Assembly (NCBI GenBank): GCA_951406725.2
Contig: OX597827.1
Span: 59,210,001-59,274,000 of the forward strand
Length of the DNA stretch: 64,000 nt
Reading direction: 5' to 3'
From: Octopus vulgaris
Lineage: Eukaryota
Shown: in pieces, positions 25,127 through 38,535 of the stretch
Position numbering within the stretch: position 1 is the first letter of the stretch
Layout of the letters: each line of letters opens with the position of its first letter
Program-made: the position numbers and the translations under genes
Notes under the pieces: generated by a model
Seen by the model: only the letters and a program-made list of their open reading frames with translations
The model's database searches: none
Told to the model about the DNA's origin: nothing

Positions 25127-25172
<46 letters not shown>

Positions 25173-25348
25173 ATATATATACGATGGGCTTCTTTTAGTT
25201 TCCGTCTACCAAATCCACTCACAAGGCTTCGGTCGGCCCAAGGCTATAGTAGAAGACACCTGCCCTAAGGTGCCACGCAGTGGGACTGAACCTGGAACCA
25301 TGTGGTTGGTAAGCAAGCCACTCACCACACAGCCACTCCTGCACCTAT
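24500..25348 (-). mobile_element. tRNA-derived SINE with two nested insertions
   Basis: Host SINE interrupted by a plus-strand Meta-like SINE (24679-24899, TSD ggttgtcaagc) and by a hammerhead-like repeat (~24965-25128) inside its (TA)n tract. Confidence 0.8.
24993..25030 (+). ncRNA. Putative minimal hammerhead-like motif (A6U variant), best copy of five
   Basis: UCUUU-CUGUCGA-A-GAGC[auag]GCUC-GAA-ACGU-A-AAAGA. Confidence 0.45.
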
Positions 25349-26829
25349 AACGATGATGATGCTTTTAGTATTGGATATTTTGATTTATTTTTCTTAGCTA
25401 TTCATGCGGTTCATAGTTGATGAGATGTGAAGCTTGAACTTCTGTTTGTATTCAGTCAAGTAGAAGGTTGTAGTTGGTATGTTGATGTGCTAGTGAAGGA
25501 TTGGTTAGCAACCAATGCAGTGACACGGCAGCTGGAATAGCAATTAAAGCTGGTTCAGTTGATTAGTTGATTCCTGTATATAATTGGAGCTGAATATTGC
25601 ATCTTTGTAAAGGTGTGTGTAGGTCAATAGGAAGTGTGTGTATGTGTGTATGAGAGAAAGACAATGACATTTGGTTGTACAATATACTTATTAATAGATG
25701 AATGACAGAAGAACAGAAATTATGTAATCATATATATATGCATATACCCAATACATACAATCTGTGTCTGTCTGTCTTTATTGATAGGAGTGTGTGTGTG
25801 TATGTATAGATATATATATATATAGATATATATAAGTGTATGTATGTATATATATATATATATTTGCGTGTATATATATGTATATATAATTCAACAAAAC
25901 TGTCCGACGAACGGGAACGTGAAACTCAGAGTATCTATATATATATACACACACACACGCGTGCGCACACTCATACATACAGGGTGTCCATAAATTACCT
26001 TTACAATCTGAAGTGTGGGAGTTGTAAGTATACACGCATGCACACACTCACACAGGTGCATCTTTTTTCTTTTATAAAAACTTGCCATTTCACATGTGGA
26101 GAAAGAACAGTAATTATACACAGCCATAAGCTACACCTTGCATGATTTATAGCCAGTGCAAATAGGCCGACAAAGGTTAAGTGTTTTGATTTCAGTAACA
26201 AGATATAAATCATTAACTTCTCAGATCTTGTTGAATGAAACACCAGTGATCTCACCCCTCCCCCCCGGCACCCATAGCACAGTTAAAAACATTGGAAACA
26301 ACACTGGCTTAGTTGTTTTGTTTACTAATCTCTCTCTGTATAAAATTCTTTGTCTGTCTGTTTGTTCCCTATGCATTCTCAAACAGCTCCATCAGATCAA
26401 ATTTTACATGGTGATAGTATTAGAGACCCTGTGAGTGTCAACATGTAATTTTTATTTTCATTTGGGTTAAAGTCTGTCTGTATGCCTCTCTGTCCGTTCC
26501 CCATGCATTCTCAAATGACTCCACCAAATCAAATCAAACCAAATTTTACAAGGTGGTATTAGACCCCGCGAGTGTCAACATGTAAATTTTATTTTCATTT
26601 GAATTAAAATAATATATTTTATTTTAAATAATTTTACCACCATGACTTCACATTTTGTATATGAGTGTGTATGTGTTGTGAGTGTGTGTTGTGTGTTCAT
26701 TACATACAACTACTAAAGGACATTTTATACCACCACTACCACCAACATGACAACACATTTTATATATGAGTGTGTATATGTCAGAGTGTGTGTGTGTTAG
26801 CACATTTGTTACGTACAAGATAGTAAAGG

Positions 26830-27085
26830 ATTTTGGAAACAGAGACCTGGACCCAGTGAAATTGAATGAAGCTGTTGTCTGGCATACACTGACCCTCGAT
26901 AATGAAGGCTTCAAGACTAATAAACCAGATATTGTTATTGAGGACTTTTCAAGAAGGGAAGTGCCTCTTGATAGATGTATTTGTCTCGAGAAATAATAAT
27001 GTATCTCTAAAAGATATGAAGTTACTATCCAAATATAAAGATGTGGAAAATAGAGAAAAGCTACATGTGGAGTTTGAAAACAGAA
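26830..27085 (+). mobile_element. R4/Dong-type non-LTR retrotransposon fragment (restriction-like endonuclease)
   Basis: Across a frameshift: KTNKPDIVIEDF / QEGKCLLIDVFVSRNNNVSLKDMKLLSKYKDVE, giving the PD..D and K..KY motifs. Confidence 0.78.
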
Positions 27086-30000
27086 AAAAAAATTCCTATG
27101 ATATCAGCTATGTCATTATTGACGTTGTCATTTTAATGTCCATTTTTCCATGCTTAAATGGGTTAGATGAAAGTTGGTTTTCTACTGTTAGATGCTCCCA
27201 ATCCTCACCTGTTTCCAGGCAAGGTGATATTTATCCATGACCAGACATGTTTTATATAGAGGACTGGAAATGAACAACGCCCTCTGTATGATGATGCTTG
27301 ATTACAAATATTGCACAATGTTAAGGCAAGAAGACAGTAACATACACACATACAGATATACATATATATGTGGCATTGGAGGAGGTCATCTGACACAAGA
27401 TCACCTCCTCCAATGCCCCCTCTCCCTTCTCAAAGATTCCTGTCTTGCAAGTTATTTGGTGACCCTGCCAGTGTTGGTACCTCTTAAAAAGCATCCAGTC
27501 CATGCTGTAAAGTGGTTGGTAAAGTCCATGCTGTAAAGTGGAAGGGCATCCAGCTGTAGAAACCATGCCAAAACTAACCACACCTGTGCTGGTACCACAT
27601 GAAAAGCACTCAGCCCACTCTGTGGGGTGGTTGGTATTAGGAAGGACATCCAGCTGTAAAAACCATGCCAAAACAGGTATAGAAGTCTGGTGCAGTTTTC
27701 TGCCTGGCCAGTTCCTGTCAAATCGTCTTACCAATGCCAGCATGGAAGACATGATGATGAATTGGCATTCAGTTTTTGTCTAACAAATCCCCTTGTCCCC
27801 TCACAAGGATTTGGTTGACCTGGAACTATAGTAGAAGACTCTTGTACTGTGTCATGGGACTGAACTCAAAACCATGTGGCTGTGAACTGAACTTCTTAAT
27901 CACACAGCTATTTTGGGAATAAATTTTAAAAAGCGCCAGACAAATACTTTATAAAGACGTCTTACTGTGTAAGAAGTGTTTTCAGTACAGTAGAAACTAT
28001 AAACCTGAAGCATTACAATGCAAGCCTTGACGTAAGCTCTGTGTACTATGCAGAGGTGTATTTAATTGAGTCATGAAAGCACACTATAAAGATATGACTG
28101 AAAAGTAATAATGTTAAAAAGGAAACTGTTAGCTATGGTTATTTAACTCTTTAGCTTTCAGGTTATTCTGCCAAATGTAATGCTTATTTATTCACATTCC
28201 TTTGAATTACTCATTCATTCATTATCTCATAGCTTTGAGATTCCGATGATGAGATTGCTTGTTTTTAGAATGACACTGTAGGGGAGGTGTGAAAGGTCAG
28301 ATTTGGCTGGTTTTGAATATAAAACAAGTAGAGTATGTGGGCTGGATATGGCCAGTTTAAATGCTTAAAGGATTAATAGTTGTTGGCTGGTGAGAGCGAG
28401 CAGCTCTTTATTTGGTTCTTTTAATAACAATAATATAAACTTCTGTTTCCAGCACATCCAAGCTACGACGTATCTTGTTAGCGATATTTTGGCATTTGTT
28501 GTTGTCGGTTTTCAAATTTTTGACTGTTTCAACAAGCATGTAGATATGTGTTTACTTCTATTGAAACCAAGTACGGACTCCACCCAATATATAGAAGAAA
28601 TGCAAATTAATCATATGACAGTTGCTCATTCTCCCAGATATAATATCAAGTTATCTCCATTGTTAAACTCTGTACTCTTTTTGTAAGTTGTTGGGAACTA
28701 GATTTGTTAAACTAGGATGTCATTCTGTTTTTGTTCATGGAACACTATCAGAAGTCTTATTTTTGTTCATCATAATCATCATTATCATCATCATCGTTTA
28801 ACGTCTGTTTTCCATGCTAGCATGGGTTGGACAGTTCGACCAGGGTCTGGGAAGCCAAGAGGCCACACCAGGTCCCAGTCTGATCTGGCAGTGTTTCTAC
28901 AGCTGGATGCCCTTCCTAACACCAACCACTCCGTGAGTGTAGTGGGTGCATTTTTGTGCCACTGGCACGGGCCAGTGGAGGCTGGCAAACGGCCATAATT
29001 GGTTGGTGCTTTTTACGTGTTACCGGCACAGACGCTAGTCAAGGTGGTGCTGTGATGTTGTTGATAAAACATGTTCTTTGTCTATCTACTTATCCTCTTT
29101 GTGGTTTTGGATAAAAAGAAAACCTATACAAATGAATCCTTCGAATTTAACTAAATTCTATATTTTTATGCATCTGAAGATTGCTCTACATTTTAAATTG
29201 ATGTAATGTTTGCATTGTTCAATTAAATGGAGTCACATGAAACAATCATACTGCATTATCTCTGGATATCCTTGTTGCTTATTTGGATTATAATCATCCC
29301 ATTTTGAATTATATGGATAATACCATACTAAATTCTGGTGCCTTTAACTTAAGTACCATATTCATCTGAATCTAAATTTTAATGAACTTATACACACACA
29401 CACACACACAATGGCTTCTACACACTTTCTACCAAATTCACTCACATAGCACTGGTCAGCCTGGGGCTACAGTAGAAGACAGTTGCTCTGCAATAGGACT
29501 GAACTTGAAACTATGTGGTTGCAACATGAGCTTCTTAACTACACAACAATGCCTGCACTTGAAATGAAATAAAATTAAAGGTTAAAAGTGAACAAAAATT
29601 CTACTTGCACTTAATTAATCAGGAAACCAACAGAGCTAGATAGACTGCCTGGTAGTATTTGTTCAGGCTCTTTGCATTCTGAGTTCAAATCCCACTAAGG
29701 TTTTTTCATCATTTCTGGGTCAGTAGAATAAATACCAGTCCACAGTGTGAAACTGGCTGGGTTGTTAGAGCATTGAATGAAGTTCCTTGTAGTCTTTGTT
29801 CTGGCCCTCTGCATTCTGGATTCATGGGTGGTGGAAAACTTGAATAGTTTAACTCTGCCACCTGGTCCTTAGCTGTCTTTAGCTGAGTCCACTCCGTTGC
29901 ATGCATTCTTTAGGTCAGGTTTTCCCATGCCCCGTTCAAGAATAACTTACCTCAACCAATCTCAGAGACCTTGAAAAGGTAAAAAGTCATAGATAATGCC

Positions 30001-32449
30001 CATCCTTAACCTGACTAATAAGAGGAAAAAATAAAGATAGATAAACGAATACATAAAAACAAGGAAAGAAAGAAAACATCTGACTTATCTCCATAGAAAC
30101 TGCACCTCAATTTATTGTCACACATATTCAATGTTTGTATTTTTTATTTCCCACAATGAGTGGATTTTTCTTGTCATTATGTAAGTAATAACAAATTTGT
30201 ATGAGAGTTAGGTGTGGTTCTTATAATTTTTTTTTCTTTTCTTTCCTATTTATTATTTTGTTAATATCTTCAAACTTAATCTTTGTATTCTTTTTTCCTT
30301 GTGAATTTTCTCAGAAACCGTAAAAAGTACCAACCAGTTGTGGACGTTGCTAGCCTCTTCTGGCCCCTGTGCCAGTGGCACATAAAAAGCACCCACTACA
30401 CTCATGGAGTGATTGGCATTAGGAAGGGCATCCAGCTGTAGAAACACTGCCAGATCAGACTGGAGCCTGGTGTGGCCTCCTGGCTCCCCAGACCCTGGTC
30501 TTTATCATTTGTCTTTTGATTTTTATTTGTTTCAGTCATTGGACTGTGACCATGCTGGGGCACCACCTTGAAAGGTTTAGTCAAACAAATTGCTCCCAAT
30601 ACTTATTTTTTTTATAAGCCTAATACTTATTCTATCAGTCTCTTTTTGCCAAAGTACTAAGTGAGGGCAATGTAAACAAACCAACACTGGTTGTCAAGTG
30701 GTGGGGGTGGGGTAGGGGACAAACACACACATACATATATATTACAAGCTTCTTTCCACCTATATAATCAACTCAGAAGGCTTTGGTTAGCCTGAGGCTA
30801 TGGTAAAAGACACTTGCCCAAGGTGCCACACAGTGGGACTGAACCTATCGTCATGTGGTTGGGAAGCAAACTTCTTACATCAGTGCCACACCTCTGCCAT
30901 GTTTGTGCCTTATAGGCCTTATAAATTTCTTACTCTAAATACTGAGTGCTTTAATTTTTGTTCATATCAACAATATTAATTACACCATGTGTGTGTGTTG
31001 TATAGCACTGTGGTTAAGAAGTTCACTTACCAACCATGTGGTTTCGAGTTCAATCCCACTGTGCTGCACATTTGGCTGTTGTCTTCCTCTATAGCCCCAC
31101 ATCAACCAGAACCAAAACCTTGTCGATGAATTTGGTAAATGAAAATTGAATGAAGCCTGTTGTGTTTATATGAATAAATACATATACATGTGAAGGTGCA
31201 TGGCTTAGTGTTTTGGGCATTTGTCTCACAATTGTAAGGTTGTGAGCAACACACTTTAATTCACATTGCTCCAATCCACCCAGCTGACACAACTGAGTTG
31301 CATCTGTAATTCAGAAGAGCCAGCCCTATCGCTTTCTGTGTCACGCTGAATCTCCCTGCAAACTACATTAAGGGTACTCACGTCTGTGGAGTGCTCAGCC
31401 ATTTGCATGTTAATTTCACAAGCAGTATGTTCCATTGAGTGTATTAAGTGGAACACTTGTCATTGTAATTGATAGAAAGCCAGGTCACATACACATTGTG
31501 TGTGTGTCTGTGTGTCCATGTGTTTGTTTACATATGCCTTCTGTGACAGTTGGTACAGTGTTGTTGTTATCTCTCTTCTTGTCAACAACTTATCAACTTG
31601 CTTCACTCCTTCATAGAAGTATGAGATAAGAGATCCTTTGCTTAACCCTTTGGTTACCAAACCGGCTGAAACCAGCTCTGGTCCTGAGTACAAATGTGTT
31701 GTTTTCATAAGTTTTGTATTAAAATCTTCCACCAAACTTTTGTCACCATTTATGTTCCTAACACTAGCTGAATGATAACTAAGTTATTTTGCTAATTTCT
31801 TTGTTATATTTAAAGTAATTGAAAGAAATACAGAGCATCTCAAAATAAATATAGTAACAAAAGGATTAAAAAACAAATAAGTTAGTGATAGGAAGGGCAT
31901 TCAGCTGTAAAACAACACTTGAATGATATATTGTCCAATCCATGCAAACATGAAAAAATCGACATAAAATTAACAAATGAATATATATAATATTGATATA
32001 TTTTAACTTATTAATCAAATCAAATATATTTGAGAAGACATCTACATAAAAAATGCATACATCCATCAGTTTGAAAGTGGGCCCTCCGATTTGAACTATA
32101 TTTATCTCAATTACTGCTGAGCACTTTTAATCCATAAATGGTGCACAGGAATAAAGTACCTGTGCTAGTACCACATAAAAAGCACCTGTATTGGTGCCGG
32201 GTAACAAAAAATTTCCATGCTAGTTCCACATAAAATGTACTCATGCTGGTGCCATGTAAAAAGGAACCTGTGTTGGTATCACCTGAAGGGCATCCAGATG
32301 TAGTAACCTTGCCAAAACAGACAATTGCAGCCAGGTGTTGCTCTCCAGCTTGCCAGCTCCTGTCAAACCATCCAACCATGTCAGCATGGTAAATGGTCAT
32401 TATATGATGATGATGATACATATATATATATATATATATATATATTACG

Positions 32450-32743
32450 GATCTGAGATCGTGTGCTGGAACGAAAACAATTGCAGCATGGGAGGTGTTT
32501 ATAAGCCATTTAAGAAACACTTGCATGTTTCACTTCAACATTTAAATTTAATTTGTCAAAATATTTTTGTCGCTTTTAGACCGTGACCTGTTCACTGATG
32601 CAGCACGAAGCTTTGCCAATGAACAGGTCGCGGTCTCAAAGCAACGAAAATATTTTGACAAATTAAATTTAAATGTTGAAGTGAATCTAATGGTTTTGTT
32701 TGTTTCTTAAATGGCTTATAAACACCTTCCACGCTGCAATTGT
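32450..32743. repeat. Palindromic repeat with two decayed inverted hammerhead-like motifs
   Basis: Same family as 34593-34921. Minus copy ~32552-32598 has G12>A; plus copy ~32612-32662 has G3>A. Confidence 0.8.
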
Positions 32744-33241
32744 ATATATATATATATATATACGTAGTGGTTTTGCAGAATTGTTTGAGCATCTAGCTGC
32801 TTTGCAGTATGTAACTACATCCCTTTGTATTCTAAGTTCAAATTCTGCTAAGATCCATTTTGGCCTCTCTTCTTTCCAGGCTTGGTAATGTATGTATGTC
32901 ACATGCTAGATGGGAATGACATAATCAGCTAATGTATCCTCTAGTTATAATATCAATATAGTCAATAATCTACTGACGTAAATTTGTGATCAATGAAAGA
33001 AAGATGAAGCAATTGACTTTATTTATCTGCACCAGTAAATGTGATGTACCAGTATGGTAAACGAGTAGCATTTTCTGTAATGTGTGTGTGTGTGTGTTTA
33101 TATATATATACTCATAGAGAACAAATTTTTGAGTGGATTGTAGGTATTTGACATCTACTTCTAGCACTGGCGATGGACATTTCCAGAAGCCCTTAACTAT
33201 AATTATATTTTTATAATTATATATATACATATATACATATA

Positions 33242-34117
33242 CATGGTCTGATCAATAAGTATCCGGACTGTTGCCATAGTAACGAAGCTAAAGCATGCAG
33301 AGTAAAGCTGCTTGGCACAGATTGACTCTGAACTCTGCTGTGCATGCACACTAAGTTTTAACGTTGTAGCTCACTTCTGCTGTTTACAGCAGTGCATGGA
33401 AGGAAGGTGTGTAGTGTGTGATTGTCATATTGACCAGGACAGAGAAAGTTGAACAGAGAATTTACATCAAATTTTGCCAAAAGCTTGGTGATATCTGCTC
33501 AGAGGCCTACACAAAGTTTTCAAAAAGTTTTCATCATTCTCAACACAATTAAGGAGATCTTGTGCAACTGAAACCTGTGTGTCATTTGGGTCAGCTGAAA
33601 GCAGTTTTAGTGCAAACTTGGCAGACATGCACCTCATACCCAAATCTTCAGTGATAATGGACTGAACTGAACCATAACTAATCTGCACATCCTCTGATAA
33701 GTCACGGATGGTGATTTTGACGATTTCCTCTCACAGCTACACACACATCTGTGATGTTTTTTTCAGTTCTGCTGGTTGCAGGCCTCCCAGAACATTCAGT
33801 AATATCAATATTTTTTCAGCCATCTTGGAAACATCTGAACCACTTGCACACTTGTGTGCAGCTCATACTCTCCTCTCCATACACTTTTTGCAACCTTGTG
33901 TAGACCTCTGAGCAGGTATCACCATGACAACTTTCTCTGCCATGGTCAATGCAATGATCACACCTTACACACCTTCCTTCCAAGCACTGCTGTAGACAAC
34001 AGAAATCAGCTAGAACATTAAAACTTAATTCACATGTAGAGCAGAGTTCATGGTTAACTTTTGCCAAGCAGCTTCATTACTATGGCAACAGTCCGGATAC
34101 TTATTGATCAGACCTTG
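33242..34117 (-). mobile_element. Mariner-derived non-autonomous element built from two inverted 5' ends
   Basis: TA-flanked TIR ca(t/a)ggtctgatcaataagtatccggactgttgccatagtaa at both ends. Minus strand carries N-terminal transposase remnants (VYGEESMS, WFRCFQDG, ISYGSVQSIITEDLGMR, SAKF..KLLS). No catalytic domain. Confidence 0.88.
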
Positions 34118-34123
34118 TATATA

Positions 34124-34154
<31 letters not shown>

Positions 34155-34592
34155 GAATAAATAAAGATATTATTATTATTATTATTAATAAATAATAACA
34201 ATAATATAAACATTAAAGCCAGAATAGCAAATTTATAAGTTTTTAATTAATTATTAATTATAATTGAGGGTACATGAAGTACTCAGTGTTGCTAGAAATA
34301 AGAGTCAAATAAGTACTCAAATAAGTCATGATTTCACTGAAAATACAACTGGCTGATTAAAGTCAAGCGATAAGCAAAATCTAACTTACTGAAAGTTGCA
34401 AATGCTTACCTCCCACTCCTCAATCCTATCCTCTTGGCCCTGTGCCACTGTATCATTGCTCGCCACCCCACCCCCACCCCACCCCGTGACCTGTGTGCTC
34501 CACTCACACCCCCTATCTCACTGTATTATTGTTATCTGCTAGCCTTTGACCTGTGTATTCCACCCACACATAACAAGAAAACTTTTCACTAA

Positions 34593-34921
34593 CTGGAAGG
34601 TGTTTGTAAGCCATTTAAGAAACACACAAAAGCCGTTCAATTCACTTCAACATTTAAGTTTAATTTGTCAAAATATTTTCGTCGCTTTAAGACTGCGACC
34701 TGTTCACTGACAAAAATCTGTGCAGCACGGATTTTTGTCAGTGAACAGGTCGCGGTCTTAAAGCGAGGAAAATATTTTGACAAATTAAACTTAAATGTTG
34801 AAGTGAATCGAACGGCTTTTGTGTGTTTCTTAATTGGCTTACAAACACCTTCCACGCTGCAATTGTTTTCATTCCAGCACACAATCTCAGATCAAATCAC
34901 TTGCTATGCGAGTACATCTCC
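34593..34921. repeat. Palindromic repeat with back-to-back hammerhead-like motifs
   Basis: ~125-bp inverted arms centred near 34724. Motifs at 34664-34714(-) and 34734-34784(+). Confidence 0.85.
34664..34714 (-). ncRNA. Putative type-I hammerhead ribozyme, G3:C8 variant, intact copy
   Basis: Minus strand reads UUUGUCA-GUGAACA-G-GUCGC[agucuuaaa]GCGAC-GAA-AAUAUU-U-UGACAAA. Confidence 0.62.
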
Positions 34922-35351
34922 GTAATTTTCACTAACTCTACCCCCAACAAACCAATCTACATCTCCACATCTCTTTTCTTCCTGACATTTCTTCCTTCAT
35001 ACACTATACCTTGCTCTCACTCCCCAATCCTGTCTTCATGGCCCTGTTCTTCTGTATCAGTAGCACCCCCTTCCACTGTCTCTGTACATACCCAGGTTTT
35101 CGCCACTCATTCCCCACCTCCACACACTTTAACCATATTTTGCAATATCCTGCCACTTATATTATGGGTATGTCCTGGCTCTTACACCATCTATATCTCT
35201 CTCTTCCTTTACTCAACCATCCCATTTATATTCTGACCCCCACCCTTGTGAGTATACCCAGCATTTAGACACCATCTAAGTTACAGGAACATAAACAAAC
35301 TAATATTTGGTTGTCAAGTGATAGTAGGGGGGTTCAAACATGGACACAAAG

Positions 35352-35393
<42 letters not shown>

Positions 35394-35811
35394 CATCATC
35401 ATCATCATCGTTTAACGTCCGCTTTCCATGCTAGCATGGGTTGGACGGTTCAACTGGGGTCTGGCAAGCCCGAAGGCTGCACCAGGCCAGTCAGATCTGG
35501 CAGTGTTTCTACAGCTGGATGCTCTTCCTAATGCCAACCACTCCGAGAGTGTAGTGGGTGATTTTATGTGCCACCGACACAGGTGCCAGACGAGGCTGGC
35601 AGACGGCCACGCTCGGATGGTGTTTTTTATGTGCCACCGGCACAGGTGCCAGATGAGGCTGGCAGACGGATATAAAAATTAGAGAAGAACCACCATGTAT
35701 CAATTCAACAATGATATACTTAAATCATACCATATAGAAAATATTAAAGATACGATGAAACATTTACGTAGAACTAAATAAAGTACGAAATAATAAATAA
35801 ATAGTATATAA

Positions 35812-35851
<40 letters not shown>

Positions 35852-36829
35852 CATATGACGGGTTTCTTTCAGTTTCTGTCTACCATATCCACTCAAAGCT
35901 TTGGTCGGCCTGCAGCTATAGTGGAAGACTCTTGCCTAAGGTGTCACAGTGGGACTGAACCCATAACCATATAGTTGGAAAGCAAGGTTCTTACCACTTG
36001 CCTGTGCCTACACATATCAGTGCACAAAAGACAATTCTTCCTGAATAAGCACTGCTGAAATTGGGGTGTGGCTTATATGCCTTCTCCTTATGCCATCAGC
36101 TACAGTACATACATTTGACACAAAGCTTTTTTTTTCCTCTTTTGGCCCAGGATATGTTTCACCCAGCATACTTTTCTTATAGTATTTCCTATAAAACTTA
36201 CTCGCCTAGTAACCCTGAGTGCTGTAATGGTAGGAAAATCGTTGTAGTAATTAAGAAAAGAGTTTCCAATTTACTTGTGCATGTAGGTGTGTTGGGGCAG
36301 GGATGGAGGGGCATAGGATTATACATAGAGTTATTTTGGTTGTTAATCATTTAGTGCCAAAATGTTTGGCATTCTGGTTTGGTAGTACAAACAGCTACAA
36401 ATAGCAAAGCACAAAATTTTACTTGCTCCACACAGTTTACCCAAAACGTAATCATCGCCACTGTAACATCCATTTTGTAACATGCTTGCATGGGCCAGAG
36501 GGATATTATACTGTGGCAGATTTTCTGTGGCCAGATTCTCTTTGTGTTGCTAATCATTTGCTGTTTTCTAAGCAAAGAAATATTTCTTTGCTTAGAAACA
36601 TGTTTCCACAGAATATTAGAAATGAATGACAAATGAAGGTTGATTTTATATATATATCATCATCATCATCATCATTTAGTGTCCGCTTTCCATGCTAGCA
36701 TGGGTTGGACAGTTCAACTGGGGTCTGGGAAACCAGAAGGCTGCACCAGGCCCAGTCTGATCTGGCAATGTTTCTACGGCTGGATGCCCTTCCTAACGCC
36801 AACCACTCCGTGAGTGTAGTGGGTGCTTT

Positions 36830-37100
36830 GCAACGGCCATGATCGGATGGTGCTTTTTGGGGACTAGATGTAAGTTATCTTGCTTGTCTATGACTACCAA
36901 GCTAAATTGAACAGAGTATATTCTTGTATGTCAATAATGACAGCTTGCCTACAAACTGGGGGCCAGGCGAGGCTGGCAACGGCCATGATCGGATGGTGCT
37001 TTTTTGGGACTAGATGTAAGTTATCTTGCTTGTCTATGACTACCAAGCTAAACTGAACAGAGTATATTCTTGTATGTCAATAATGACAGCTTGCCTACAA
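36830..37100 (+). repeat. Local direct duplication of ~125 bp (offset 146 bp)
   Basis: 36830-36954 is nearly identical to 36976-37100. Confidence 0.88.
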
Positions 37101-37203
37101 CTGGCAAAACACATACCTTGTGTGTACGTGTACTTGATATTGTTTTTATCCCTCAGCCTGCTTCTCATGCATATTTGATATACACACACATATATATATG
37201 TAC

Positions 37204-37254
<51 letters not shown>

Positions 37255-38147
37255 AGTGCTGCCTGACTGGCTCCCATGCCGGTGGCGCGTAAAAGGCACC
37301 ATTCAAGTGTGGTCAATGCCAGTACTGCCTGGCTGGCCCTTGTGCCAGTGGCACGTAAAAAGCACTCACTACACTTTGGGAGTGATTGGTGTTAGGAAGG
37401 GCATCCAGTTGTAGAAACTCTGCCAGATCAGATTGGAGCTCGTACAGCCTTCTGGCTTGTCAGCCCTCAGTCAAACCATCCAATCCATGCCGGCATGGAA
37501 AGCAGATGTTAAATGACGATGATGATGATGAAATACAGGCAACGCATAGGTGTGCGGTTCTAGAAATTTGATCACCAACCGCATGGTTTTAAGTTCAGTC
37601 CTACTGTATGCTGCCTTGAGCAAGTGTCTTCAACTATAAGAACTGAGTTCACCAAAACTGAGGAAAGCCCATTGTGTGTGTGTGTGTGAGAGAGAGAGAA
37701 AGAGAGAGAGAATGTGTATGTTTGGATGAGTGAATTCATATTTCCCTTCTCTACACATGTTCACTGGTTGTAGTTCTACAGACTGGGAGCTTGCTACTTC
37801 AGTTGAAAACAGATGGGACTGTATTCAGGAGGGTATCTTGTTCCCAAATCTTCTTCCCCAATGTACTCCCATCTGATTTATGCAAACATGGAAAAAGTAG
37901 CCAGTAAAACAATAGTGACAGTGATGGTGATGATGGTAAAATATTGTACTCAGTATGCACATGCACACACACACTTTTTAAAAGCAAAATCAGTAAGTGA
38001 AGAATTTCAGTTCTTGTTTCATATACTCTTACCTGATTGATGTGTTCTGTCATTCAACAATGGTATTCGTTTCTCTCAGTTTGCAAGCTGTGTACCTTTT
38101 TTGACCTCCTAACCTACCCTCTGTTGAGGGTGATTCCTATTTTACCC

Positions 38148-38535
38148 AATAGGTGTAGGAGTGGCTGTGTAGTAAGTAGCTTGCTTATCAACCACATGGT
38201 CCTGGGTTCAGTCCCACTGCATGGCAACTTGGGCAAGTGTCTTCTACTATAGCCTCGGACCAACCAAAGCCTTGTGAGTAGATTTGGTAGACTGAAACTG
38301 AAAAGAAGCCTGTTGTATATATGTGTGTGTGTGTGTATGTTTGTGTGTCTTTGTCCCCCAACATCGCTTGACAACCAATGCTGGTGTGTTTACGTCCTGT
38401 AACTTAGTGGTTCAGCAAAAGAGACCAATAGAATATTACTAGGCTTACAAAGAATAAGTCCTGGGGTCGACTTGCTCGACTAAAGGCGGTGTTCCAGCAT
38501 AGCCACAGTCAAATGACTGAAACCAGTAAAGAGTA
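38148..38535 (+). mobile_element. Abundant tRNA-derived SINE with internal microsatellite; representative full copy
   Basis: gtggctgtgtggtaag A box, ggttcagtccc B box, CORE-like cttgggcaagtgtctt, tail gactgaaacaagtaaaagag. Other copies: 46432-46808(+), 39461-39876(-), 44583-45096(-), 45798-46155(-), 51326-51733(-), 881-1636(-). Confidence 0.85.
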
